From a virus: a DNA stretch of 64,000 nucleotides. Below are positions 19,304 through 27,688 of the stretch, in pieces. Position numbers and translations under genes: made by a program. The notes beneath the pieces were generated by a model. That model searched no databases and had not been told where the DNA came from. It was given only the letters and a program-made list of their open reading frames with translations. Location of the stretch: UHGV virus genome UHGV-0084588, one strand, 5' to 3'. Each line of letters opens with the position of its first letter. Position 1 is the first letter of the stretch.

Positions 19304-19336
19304 GGTGGGGGTAAACCCCCACCTTTTATTTTTTGT
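19304..19336 (+). terminator. Intrinsic terminator
   Basis: GGTGGGGG-TAAA-CCCCCACC followed by TTTTATTTTTTG. Confidence 0.7.
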
Positions 19337-19358
19337 TCGTCAACATTAAAAATAATTT

Positions 19359-19380
19359 CAGATATATATTACTTAGGTGA
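19359..19380 (+). promoter_or_regulatory. Promoter-like motif CAGATATATATTACTTAGGTGA
   Basis: Directly after terminator 19304..19336 and about 50 nt upstream of the first secreted-protein gene. Confidence 0.45.
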
Positions 19381-19429
19381 GAGTTATGATTAACTCATTT
19401 ATACATTAACGCCTTAAAGGAGCAAAACA

Positions 19430-19891
19430 ATGAAATTTTTTACTTCCTTTTTAACCATCCTCTTAACGCTGGGTCTCAATACTGCACACGCAGCAATCAA
19501 TAGCTGGGAACAAATCCAGTCTCCAGACCAAGCCATCTACGAAATCGAAGACACTGAAGGCAACAGCCTCTCTATCAATTGCAGTACAGAAACCGCCAAT
19601 CGTAAATTTTACGGGCACAATGTTTGGTATTACGGAGAACCTGCAGGGGCAACAAACGCTGAGGATAACGCGCTCGATATTGTCGTAAATGGTAAAAAAT
19701 ACCGTATCCCTACCATCGACGGTAGCGACCGTTCAGAACAAGCCTGGGCGGATTTCATTAAAGCGGTCGGTGGGGCAAACCATTTTAGCTTGCTTATTAA
19801 CGATAACGTGGCAGCAGGGTTTACCGTAGAAGGCGAACGCCTTAACGAAACGTTTTTCCAGAACTGTGGACACAGCCGTCCTAACAAATAA
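19430..19891 (+). CDS. Secreted/periplasmic small protein (signal peptide)
   Basis: 153 aa; N-terminus MKFFTSFLTILLTLGLNTAHA is a classic Sec signal ending AHA; Cys present; AAAGGAG RBS; preceded by terminator plus promoter-like motif. Confidence 0.55.
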   Translation: MKFFTSFLTILLTLGLNTAHAAINSWEQIQSPDQAIYEIEDTEGNSLSINCSTETANRKFYGHNVWYYGEPAGATNAEDNALDIVVNGKKYRIPTIDGSDRSEQAWADFIKAVGGANHFSLLINDNVAAGFTVEGERLNETFFQNCGHSRPNK

Positions 19892-19913
19892 ATATTAATC
19901 TTTTTTAGAGTGC

Positions 19914-20306
19914 GTGAAAATGAATATCAGAACTATACTTTATACTATCATTATTTTCTGTGCGGTCGGAATTACTGGCACTTATGCTTTCGGTGATTCG
20001 GATGTCCGCTATTACGAACCGGCTCCTGACTCACCCATTATCAACCCGGATGAGTCCCCTACGTTAATGCGCAGTTTCGGTAAACTGCAAGTTTATCGTT
20101 TAGTGCGTGGTGAAACGTGTACGGGATTACTCATTGCTGACACCCGTGCACAAGTCTACCAACGTCTAACCGATATTGCTTGCGAACAACCGAAAGTAAT
20201 GTCAGTTAGTATCCATCCGCTATCAGTTGGTAACTATACCGCTGTGGACTTCTTTCATAACGCCGAATTAATTGGCCGTGTTACTTTAAATCGTCCTGCT
20301 GAATAA
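19914..20306 (+). CDS. Secreted or membrane-anchored small protein
   Basis: 130 aa; hydrophobic N-terminus ILYTIIIFCAVGITGTYA; GTG at 19914 or ATG at 19920. Confidence 0.5.
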   Translation: MKMNIRTILYTIIIFCAVGITGTYAFGDSDVRYYEPAPDSPIINPDESPTLMRSFGKLQVYRLVRGETCTGLLIADTRAQVYQRLTDIACEQPKVMSVSIHPLSVGNYTAVDFFHNAELIGRVTLNRPAE

Positions 20307-20324
20307 TCTAAAGGAGTAGTTGCA

Positions 20325-20810
20325 ATGAAACGTTTACATACGCTGATGTTCTTTCTGGTTTTCTTGTTTATCGGTGCCACACCAACTGTAGATGCGGCCT
20401 CCGTAGACGAATTACTTACCTGTGATGGAAACGCTTGGGAAGGTCAGCCAAATGCGTGCCCGAACATCAACGACTTGTACGATACCGATAAGTCATTTAA
20501 AGCTGTTGTTGATAAAACACTAGACCCGGTGGGACTGGATGGTATGTTCGGCTCTAAAGGTTACATGGATGGTCCTGGCGGTAACATGTATCCGGTAAAC
20601 ATCAACAACAAAATCTGGATTGAAAGTGGTGGTTGTAAAGCTAATGCTTGTGGCTGGGAATACATCGTAACGCTATACAACCCACACACCAAGAAACTCG
20701 TCGGTTATTACTACAACATCGACCCCGGTTATCTGATTTGGTTCGGTGATATCGGTGTTGCTGAATTCGCTTACCTGGTTAAGAAATACGCGGAACAATC
20801 TAAATACTAA
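20325..20810 (+). CDS. Secreted protein with Ivy-like CKxxxCG motif (possible periplasmic lysozyme-inhibitor fold)
   Basis: 161 aa; signal peptide MKRLHTLMFFLVFLFIGATPTVDA; ESGGCKANACGWEYIVT resembles the Ivy loop region (recalled E. coli Ivy: SACKPHDCGSQRIAV), but the loop His is not conserved. Confidence 0.5.
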   Translation: MKRLHTLMFFLVFLFIGATPTVDAASVDELLTCDGNAWEGQPNACPNINDLYDTDKSFKAVVDKTLDPVGLDGMFGSKGYMDGPGGNMYPVNINNKIWIESGGCKANACGWEYIVTLYNPHTKKLVGYYYNIDPGYLIWFGDIGVAEFAYLVKKYAEQSKY

Positions 20811-20821
20811 GGACTTTTATC

Positions 20822-21232
20822 ATGAAAACTATCATCAACACTCTTCTCATTGCAATTGCTATTCTGTTCTCTGTTAACGTATCAGCAAAAACAATACAGT
20901 TGCCAGACGGTATTAAGTACGTCAATAGCACCGACGATTTCTACTGTACGGAAATTGACGGTCTGTACTGCCAGGCGAAGAACCTGTTTAAATACAAAGG
21001 TAGCAGATACGTGTTCATCGTTGAGCAAGGTGGTGCCTGGTGCTACGACAGCCCAATGTCTGTACTCAACCTCGAAACGTGGAAGGCACAACGTCTTGAA
21101 TACAACGACAAACATTTGTGCTCAGGCAACAACAAACCATTCTTCAAAGTCGTAGATGGTGTACCGATGGTAGGGATATTAGACACTTCGGAAAAACCTA
21201 TCGTTGTAGCTATGGATAAACTTAAAATTTAA
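20822..21232 (+). CDS. Secreted small protein (signal peptide, 6 Cys)
   Basis: 136 aa; MKTIINTLLIAIAILFSVNVSA signal peptide. Confidence 0.5.
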   Translation: MKTIINTLLIAIAILFSVNVSAKTIQLPDGIKYVNSTDDFYCTEIDGLYCQAKNLFKYKGSRYVFIVEQGGAWCYDSPMSVLNLETWKAQRLEYNDKHLCSGNNKPFFKVVDGVPMVGILDTSEKPIVVAMDKLKI

Positions 21233-21242
21233 GGAGTAACTC

Positions 21243-21632
21243 ATGCGTCTCATCTGCGCTTTAGCATTCTTCTTCTCCCTGGGTGTAGCGGCATCTACTC
21301 AAGTTAACGATTTACTGCTAACCCCAAACAACAATACCGATTACCAGTACAATCCTCCGGGGTTTGAAGTTTGTGAAGTCGGTGAAACAATCTGCCAAGA
21401 AGTCGGCGCAGACGGGCGCTATATTCTGGTAAAAGCTGATGGTGGCACAATGTGTCCCGCAGGTTATTACTTTCTTCTCGATTCCGTTGCAAGAGAGGTT
21501 CTTCCTATCACCACGAAAACGTGCGACCCTACTGTTGTCTTAACTCTCGCTAAAAGCAAATCTCGCGACCGTTATCTGATCGTTATCGAAGAACGGGGCA
21601 AGATGGCTGGCGCTATCGAATTAGATCATTGA
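21243..21632 (+). CDS. Secreted small protein (signal peptide, Cys-rich)
   Basis: 129 aa; MRLICALAFFFSLGVAAS signal; AAGGAG RBS; followed by terminator 21643..21670. Confidence 0.5.
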   Translation: MRLICALAFFFSLGVAASTQVNDLLLTPNNNTDYQYNPPGFEVCEVGETICQEVGADGRYILVKADGGTMCPAGYYFLLDSVAREVLPITTKTCDPTVVLTLAKSKSRDRYLIVIEERGKMAGAIELDH

Positions 21633-21642
21633 GTGTAGTCTT

Positions 21643-21670
21643 GGCCCCGGAATGTCCGGGGTCCTTTTTT
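21643..21670 (+). terminator. Intrinsic terminator
   Basis: CCCCGG-AATGT-CCGGGG followed by TCCTTTTTT. Confidence 0.65.
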
Positions 21671-21700
21671 ACGACATGTTTTACCTAAAGGAGTATTAAA

Positions 21701-22177
21701 ATGCAATTATCTAACGTCTATCAAGCTGCGCAATTTCATCATGACCTGTCGGCTAAACCTGAACAAATTCGCCACAACTTAACGGTGGCCTGGAAACTGC
21801 TGCGCATCGCAGAAGCCGCACGCCTTAACGATCAGTCAACGATTATCGACACTGTGCGCACATTACATCCAGTTGACCTGGAAACAATCTGGACATTTGA
21901 TTTAACCCGAATTTATCATCGCCGTTTTAATGCGGCGGTTGACGCAATCCGGCCTTACTTTCACCACCTGCGGACAACACGCGAAAATGACACCGCGCTC
22001 GAATGGGTATTGGTACAAAGCGTATGGAGCGACTACATTTATCTCCTTTCTTTAGAGACGGGTGAATGTATCGTTGCTAACGAAGTTTTTTCAAGTAACG
22101 CAGAAATGTATCGTTCCTTCGCGACGATTAAAGGTGAAACACAGCCTATTTTATCACTCACGCACTTAGGGCTATAA
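21701..22177 (+). CDS. Hypothetical protein (158 aa)
   Basis: RBS AAAGGAGTATTAAA-ATG; flanked by terminators on both sides (monocistronic unit). Confidence 0.5.
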   Translation: MQLSNVYQAAQFHHDLSAKPEQIRHNLTVAWKLLRIAEAARLNDQSTIIDTVRTLHPVDLETIWTFDLTRIYHRRFNAAVDAIRPYFHHLRTTRENDTALEWVLVQSVWSDYIYLLSLETGECIVANEVFSSNAEMYRSFATIKGETQPILSLTHLGL

Positions 22178-22185
22178 TTAGCCCG

Positions 22186-22213
22186 GCCCCGTTTATTCGG
22201 GGCTTCTTTTTTT
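22186..22213 (+). terminator. Intrinsic terminator
   Basis: GCCCCG-TTTATT-CGGGGC followed by TTCTTTTTTT. Confidence 0.65.
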
Positions 22214-22233
22214 GATCTAAAAGGAAAGACCAG

Positions 22234-22842
22234 ATGAACGAAATTACCTTAGTTCGTTTTCTTGAAGCGATGCAAAATGCAGAGCGTTTTTCGCATACGC
22301 CTTTATTCATCGACTTAATGGAAGAGGAAGTAGAGGGCTTCCTGGCGTATCCACGCTTACGGGAGTATTTTAAACGTAAAACGCCGAATGCTTACGAAAA
22401 ATTGGTTTACGCACTTGAGAACAGTTCAACATTGTTAACGACGCCTTTCAAGGCGTTGGAGGCTTTAGACCCGGCTGGTACCACAAGTATCCCACAACGT
22501 GTTGTGTTCTACTATATCGACCACGATCGAATTAAAGCCGATGTTGTTAACTGGATCTCTGAAAACGCAGTTCCAGAAACACGCACTTTTAATCTCTGTC
22601 CTGTAGAAGAAGGGTGGAAGGTCGGCAATCACTATTCTTATCCATACCAATCCATTAAATCACCGTTTTTATACCCGGTTTATCTGGACGACGTTACGCC
22701 AGGAAATTGCATTCCGGTAACAAACCTGATCTGTGCACTGACAATGGAAGTCTTAGCCACAAAGGCGGGACAGGTTTGGGTAGAAAACGCGAAGAACATC
22801 GATTATTGGACTTCAATGGGTTATCACCCATATACCAAATAA
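22234..22842 (+). CDS. Hypothetical protein (202 aa)
   Basis: AAAGGAAAG RBS; flanked by terminators; no motif recognised. Confidence 0.5.
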   Translation: MNEITLVRFLEAMQNAERFSHTPLFIDLMEEEVEGFLAYPRLREYFKRKTPNAYEKLVYALENSSTLLTTPFKALEALDPAGTTSIPQRVVFYYIDHDRIKADVVNWISENAVPETRTFNLCPVEEGWKVGNHYSYPYQSIKSPFLYPVYLDDVTPGNCIPVTNLICALTMEVLATKAGQVWVENAKNIDYWTSMGYHPYTK

Positions 22843-22847
22843 CGTTT

Positions 22848-22890
22848 GGGAGAACCTTCGGGTTCTCCCTTCTCTGTTTTTTTTTCTTTT
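22848..22890 (+). terminator. Intrinsic terminator
   Basis: GGGAGAACC-TTCG-GGTTCTCCC followed by a long T tract. Confidence 0.7.
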
Positions 22891-22921
22891 TACACCACAC
22901 TCCGTCTTTATGGAGGTGGGT

Positions 22922-25426
22922 ATGCTAAAAGTTGAACGCATTATACTCAAAGGTTTTACGGGGATGGGATTACATGAAATTGAAACTTTCGATTTCACTA
23001 TCCAGTCTCCAACAACAATTATCCTGGGTGGGAACGGTTGCGGGAAAACCAGTCTACTGTCTGTATTCTTACCCTTAGCACCGGCTAAAACTGAATTCAG
23101 AGACGGCGGTTCTTACACGAACTACTGTTTAGTTGGTGATCAACGGTATCGATTCAAAGTTGCCCGTAAAGGTAACTCTTTGGTTTGCGATATTGAAAAT
23201 CTGACCACGGGAGCAAAGATCGTCGAGCAAGGTAATGCGAAGGTCTACAACTCCCGTGTTGAAGAAATCACGGGTATTACGAAAGAAATTAAAGAACTAT
23301 TAAATGGTGATGTTTTGTTAACCGATGCGGGAACCGAATTACGCCGTAAATGGTTTTACCGTTTAAGTACCTCTGATCTCACATACGCGTTAGGGTTTTA
23401 TCAACGTTTGCGTAAAAACCTTACCGCCTTAAATGGGGGTATTGAAATCACCAGTCGCAAGATTGCCGAATTACGGACGCGTGTTATTGAGAACGAGGAA
23501 GAACGACAACAATTAGCAACGAGATTAAAAGGTCTGGAATCGGATTTACGTGAACTGAACCGAGAAATCGAACAGTTGCCAGGATTAAATCGTGCTGTCA
23601 CGATCGAAACAATCCAAGCGTTATTAAACGGTTTGGGTCCAACCATCGACGCAATATTACAACATCGTGGTGGGTTGCCTACTGATGAACAGATACTGGT
23701 CGCCCGACAAAATGAAGCGACAGCCCGCGAAGCCGTCGTTTCTACCGAAACAGAGGTATCGATGTTGAATAAAGATTTATCGCTATTGATGGATGAGTCA
23801 ACACGACAAGACTACCTGATGCGGAATCACGAAGGTCTCAAGAATACACTGGCACGTTTACGTGAGTTACTTACCAAGTGGGACACCGAACATCTCTTTC
23901 CAGGTTTATTTAACGATAACGTTAATTTAGACCAACTTCGTGCGGCTACCGATGCGCGTGTTTGGGGACAACGGTTGGGGACAACACTGGACGCTATTCA
24001 TTCAACCGAGAAACTCAATGTTTTGGAAGAACGTCTTCTGGTGATGGATCAAAAAACCGCAGGATTACGGGATAGACTCCAGCGAGTGGAGAACGTTTTA
24101 CAGAATTTAAATCACGAGCGTAACCACTACTTAGAAACGGCAGAAGTGGATTGTCCGCAGTGTCGGTTTAAGTTTCGGCCAGGTGTTACGCGTTCTTTAC
24201 CTGAACTCGAGTCATCGATTCGTGGACAACAACAGCAGCGGACGGAACTGCAAACGCAGTTAGAGACTTTATTACGCGATCGTGTTGAATTAGAATCTGA
24301 TGTAACTTATATGCGGCAGGTTCGTGAGATTGTACTGACGTATTCAAAAGACCCTGTATTGAGCATGTTCTTTAAGCGTTTGCAAGAACGTAACGTTTTC
24401 ACAGAGTCTCGCGAGCAGTTCGGGAGTCTATGCGCAGCGTTTGACGGTGAGTTGTACTCTGCTATTGAGTACCATGAAACCCGACAACGGTTAGTGAAAG
24501 CGGAAAAAGAATGGCAGGATGCCGTGGCGGCCGTTGGTAACGTCGATGGTGCTTTACAACAAAAGATCGCCTTCCAACAGTCACGGTTAGGTAAAGCCAC
24601 AGAGATGCTCTCAATGCGTCGTAGAGAGCACGAACTGGCTAACACGACACTTACCTATCTAGTGAATGTTAAACGTGCTGTAGATGATTTCAGTGCGTTA
24701 TTCGAACGGTTAGAGAGTGATGTTAAGGTTACTTTGACAAATACGGTCGTCGAGGAGCTCTTACGAGTGCGGGAAGGGAAGCTGGATGCTTTTACAACTG
24801 CACGCGAACGTTATCGTCAGATGGAAAACGAATTGAATCAGCTCAACAGTTTGGAGCGCGAACTTACAGACTTACAAGCCCAACAGTTCAATAACAAACT
24901 GATGATTCAAGCCTTCTCGCCAGAAAAGGGTGTACTTAGAAAGTATTTTTACAACGCTATCGTTAGAATCACAGAGTTAATGACGCGTTATATCGAACAG
25001 GTCTGGACGTACCCCATGCGCGTTATGCCCTGTGATCTCACTGACGGTGATTTGGATTATACTTTTCCTGTCCAGCTAAAAACGCACCCTGAGCCTGTTC
25101 CTGACGTGCGTAAAGGGTCTAAGGCACAGCGTGCTATATTTAATCTGATGTTCAGACTGACTGCGTACAAAGCGTTGAAGTTGCATCAGTTTCCGTTGCT
25201 TTTGGATGAGCCTTCGGAAGGCATGGACGAGGAGCACCGTAATAACCTGGTCGGCTTTATTAAAACGTTAGCAAACTCGGGAGAATTTTCACAGCTGTTG
25301 GTAGTCTCCCACGAAGCCGAGGTTCATTCTAAACTTAATGAAGCATCGTACTGTGTCATCGAACCGGAAGGAGTGACATTGCCTGCGGTGTATAACGAAG
25401 GAGTAAAAATTGTTTATGCAAACTGA
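22922..25426 (+). CDS. Rad50/SbcC-like (SMC-type) ATPase
   Basis: Walker A ILGGNGCGKTSLLS near the N-terminus, long charged coiled-coil-like middle, C-terminal Walker B/D-loop LLLDEPSEGMDEEH and VVSHEAEV. ATG at 22922 after GGAGGTGGG; the track start 22910 is an alternative codon. Confidence 0.7.
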   Translation: MLKVERIILKGFTGMGLHEIETFDFTIQSPTTIILGGNGCGKTSLLSVFLPLAPAKTEFRDGGSYTNYCLVGDQRYRFKVARKGNSLVCDIENLTTGAKIVEQGNAKVYNSRVEEITGITKEIKELLNGDVLLTDAGTELRRKWFYRLSTSDLTYALGFYQRLRKNLTALNGGIEITSRKIAELRTRVIENEEERQQLATRLKGLESDLRELNREIEQLPGLNRAVTIETIQALLNGLGPTIDAILQHRGGLPTDEQILVARQNEATAREAVVSTETEVSMLNKDLSLLMDESTRQDYLMRNHEGLKNTLARLRELLTKWDTEHLFPGLFNDNVNLDQLRAATDARVWGQRLGTTLDAIHSTEKLNVLEERLLVMDQKTAGLRDRLQRVENVLQNLNHERNHYLETAEVDCPQCRFKFRPGVTRSLPELESSIRGQQQQRTELQTQLETLLRDRVELESDVTYMRQVREIVLTYSKDPVLSMFFKRLQERNVFTESREQFGSLCAAFDGELYSAIEYHETRQRLVKAEKEWQDAVAAVGNVDGALQQKIAFQQSRLGKATEMLSMRRREHELANTTLTYLVNVKRAVDDFSALFERLESDVKVTLTNTVVEELLRVREGKLDAFTTARERYRQMENELNQLNSLERELTDLQAQQFNNKLMIQAFSPEKGVLRKYFYNAIVRITELMTRYIEQVWTYPMRVMPCDLTDGDLDYTFPVQLKTHPEPVPDVRKGSKAQRAIFNLMFRLTAYKALKLHQFPLLLDEPSEGMDEEHRNNLVGFIKTLANSGEFSQLLVVSHEAEVHSKLNEASYCVIEPEGVTLPAVYNEGVKIVYAN

Positions 25427-25595
25427 TTGGTTCCGTCGTTTTATGGACGCGGCGGGGTTTGGTTTCATGTCCATTCTAGCGGTTCTTTATGTCATGTTTT
25501 GCGTGGTGATGATTTTATGGGTAGTTTCATCTTATCTGATTAAACTATCGTGGGGTTCAATTTGGCGTCAACGTGAATGCGAATGGCGGAATTAG
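25416..25595 (+). CDS. Small membrane protein (about 60 aa)
   Basis: Track ORF; one strongly hydrophobic helix (FGFMSILAVLYVMFCVVMILWVVSSYLI); overlaps the ATPase 3' end. Confidence 0.35.
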   Translation: MQTDWFRRFMDAAGFGFMSILAVLYVMFCVVMILWVVSSYLIKLSWGSIWRQRECEWRN

Positions 25596-25606
25596 GAGAA
25601 GGGAAT

Positions 25607-25696
25607 ATGGTTGAAGGGGTTCTGTTAACACTTGGTGCGATGTGGTTAATCGGTAAAGGTTTAAACTTGCTGGTTAAACAACACAGATGGGCGTTT
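25607..25696 (+). CDS. Possible 29-aa hydrophobic peptide
   Basis: AGGAGAAGGGAAT-ATG; MVEGVLLTLGAMWLIGKGLNLLVKQQMGV; below the track size cutoff; speculative. Confidence 0.2.
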
Positions 25697-25762
25697 GAAG
25701 ATTAAACGCCCAAATAATCCGGAAAATACCCTCCGGCGTGAGGGTATTACTAGGAGCAGAAA

Positions 25763-25891
25763 ATGACCTCGATAAACACTACGAATGTAGCGATATCCGC
25801 ATTATACGATGCGGAACTTTCATGGGGTGGATTAATAATCACCACGGCCATATTAGCCGCAGCGGCATTCGTCATCGCGCGTTGGTTTTAA
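25763..25891 (+). CDS. Possible 42-aa tail-anchored membrane peptide
   Basis: TAGGAGCAGAAA-ATG; MTSINTTNVAISALYDAELSWGGLIITTAILAAAAFVIARWF; preferred over the overlapping 67-aa track ORF, which lacks an RBS. Confidence 0.3.
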   Translation: MTSINTTNVAISALYDAELSWGGLIITTAILAAAAFVIARWF

Positions 25892-25916
25892 TTTTACTTT
25901 TTTGCGTCTCTAAGGT

Positions 25917-26366
25917 TTGCAAATGGAAATTTATTTGTTGAACGCATCTTCTAAAGTCGGCGAACGACAAGCTGCCGATTTACTCAAACTACACTACCGT
26001 TACTTGGACCACCAGGCTACATTACTAAAAATCAAAACGTCGGTACCGAAATTAAAAGCTCGACAACTGATCGAAGGTAACTGCATAGTTCTGGTGTATC
26101 AGGATGATGTCGCGGTAGGATACTGTAGTTATCGGAATCGTAACGGTTCACTTAAGATACGTTCGGTATACGTGCTCCCAGACTATCGTCAGCGGGGTGT
26201 AATGAAAGAGATTTTCAAAGCAATTGCCGCCGATGAAGTTTTCGGTGAAATTGTTACTGGCATGTATGCGAAATGTAAAGAAGCAAAAGAGTATTTCATC
26301 CGACGCGGTTATCAGGCGGTTTACTCACACGATCGTGAGTGGGTCGATTTTAGCAAAACATTCTAA
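25917..26366 (+). CDS. GNAT-family N-acetyltransferase (putative)
   Basis: 149 aa; motif-A-like VLPDYRQRGVMKEIFKAI in the expected position for the acetyl-CoA binding loop. Confidence 0.5.
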   Translation: MQMEIYLLNASSKVGERQAADLLKLHYRYLDHQATLLKIKTSVPKLKARQLIEGNCIVLVYQDDVAVGYCSYRNRNGSLKIRSVYVLPDYRQRGVMKEIFKAIAADEVFGEIVTGMYAKCKEAKEYFIRRGYQAVYSHDREWVDFSKTF

Positions 26367-26432
26367 AACAATAAAAGCTCTCTTGGCGTACCTCACTATG
26401 AGTGTGAGAAATTTACGTCAGGAGAGCTAATT

Positions 26433-26678
26433 ATGTTAAAATCGTACGGAGTGGGTGGTTTGGATACGAGTATTTGTTGGAAAGAATACGAACGTGCAAA
26501 AGCGTTCTTACAACATCCCAATGTAGGGACAATAGGTAAGGTCTGTTTCGGCAAACCTACGTTGACAGCTTGTATCCAAGGGGCTTTAGGAACGTTGCCA
26601 CCCGAAACACATTTCGAGCCTGAGGAGAATACGAATGTTCACAGAGAACCCATCAATTTACGGCATACCGTTGAATGA
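26433..26678 (+). CDS. Hypothetical protein (81 aa)
   Basis: CAGGAGAGCTAATT-ATG RBS. Confidence 0.4.
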   Translation: MLKSYGVGGLDTSICWKEYERAKAFLQHPNVGTIGKVCFGKPTLTACIQGALGTLPPETHFEPEENTNVHREPINLRHTVE

Positions 26679-27003
26679 AATTGACATTCTACAAATTTGT
26701 TATCAGTGCGACGACTTTGGTAACACGCAGGTAACAGAGCTAGTTAAGCTTTTAGGTTACTTACCTGAAATCGAGCTACCTTTTGTTAAACCCAGCTTGG
26801 TTCGTCGTGCATCGTGTCGCGAAGCTTATTTGTTGTGGAAACACAATATTTCAGTAGAGAAGGTCTGGGACCGCATGAACGATCATCAGTTCCGTGAACA
26901 GGTTGTGCACACGCTCAATTTGGCACTGACTATGCAACGGCTGGGCTTACAACACGAAGGTTTAGAAGCGGCGGTCAAACAATGGATTACAAAAAATCGC
27001 TAA
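26635..27003 (+). CDS. Hypothetical protein (122 aa)
   Basis: GGAGAATACGA-ATG RBS; overlaps the upstream gene by 44 nt. Confidence 0.45.
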   Translation: MFTENPSIYGIPLNEIDILQICYQCDDFGNTQVTELVKLLGYLPEIELPFVKPSLVRRASCREAYLLWKHNISVEKVWDRMNDHQFREQVVHTLNLALTMQRLGLQHEGLEAAVKQWITKNR

Positions 27004-27090
27004 TGGGTAAAACATATATCGCTATACTTGTCGAGCTATCAATCGGCGGTACACGTTTTAATACTACACATCAACTACGGCCGATTCGTT

Positions 27091-27588
27091 ATGTTAACGG
27101 TACGTAAAGAATCTGAAATTGGTAACGATCTTTTTAATGCGCCCGAAGACTATAAAGTCGTTACCATTAACTGTGTAGGAGCAATGGGTCGCGGTATTGC
27201 GCTGGCGTGCCGTGAACGCTACCCCAACCTTTATCAAGATTACCGTAAGCGGTGTCGCGAAGACGAAATTAAGATTGGAAGTGTTTACGTTTACCCTGAT
27301 GAAAAGTGCATCTTGCTCCCCACGAAAACACATTGGCGTTTAAAGTCCCAGGTTTCTTATGTTACTGCGGGCATTACCGCATTAGCAGATTGTATTGAAG
27401 AACTGGATACCAGCGTTGCTATCCCTCCACTGGGAATGGCAAATGGGTGGTTAGATTCCTGGGAAAGACAAGAAATCTTCTTGTGGCTTTACAAAAAACT
27501 TGAACCGAGGAGGCAACGCTACACGTTATACTTACCCGATAAGCTGTACCGAGAAGCAGAGTCATTAATTCCAAACTCTTTTAAATAG
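27091..27588 (+). CDS. Macro domain protein, TARG1/OARD1/DarG-like (putative ADP-ribose hydrolase)
   Basis: VVTINCVGAMGRGIALACRERYP ... LPTKTHWRLK ... VAIPPLGMANGWLDSWE aligns by eye with recalled TARG1 segments ([22 protein letters not shown] ... KKRASHKPT ... LSMPRIGCGLDRLQWE). Track start 27028 is TTG; first ATG is 27091. Confidence 0.6.
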   Translation: MLTVRKESEIGNDLFNAPEDYKVVTINCVGAMGRGIALACRERYPNLYQDYRKRCREDEIKIGSVYVYPDEKCILLPTKTHWRLKSQVSYVTAGITALADCIEELDTSVAIPPLGMANGWLDSWERQEIFLWLYKKLEPRRQRYTLYLPDKLYREAESLIPNSFK

Positions 27589-27604
27589 ATATTATCATTA
27601 GGGC
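27586..27604 (+). promoter_or_regulatory. Promoter-like motif ATAGATATTATCATTAGGG
   Basis: AGATATTATC core shared with 37068 and 46181; immediately after the macro gene stop, upstream of the SLT gene. Confidence 0.35.
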
Positions 27605-27688
27605 ACACAACAAAGGAGTATTAGCTGTCCGCGCCGTCATTTCGTCTTACGGAATACGGAAATGTATAAATCCAACTGGAGAAACAAA

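Noticed and set aside
22922-25426. Complete defence-system operon (Lamassu, Septu or PARIS-like) built around the ATPase
   Set aside because: No nuclease or effector domain partner (HNH, TOPRIM, Mre11-like) recognised in adjacent genes; the architecture fits a Rad50/gp46-type recombination ATPase better, so only the missing partner is flagged.
25738-25941. 67-aa track ORF on the plus strand
   Set aside because: No RBS and a Cys/His-rich, improbable sequence; an overlapping 42-aa ORF in another frame has a strong RBS and a clean TM helix.
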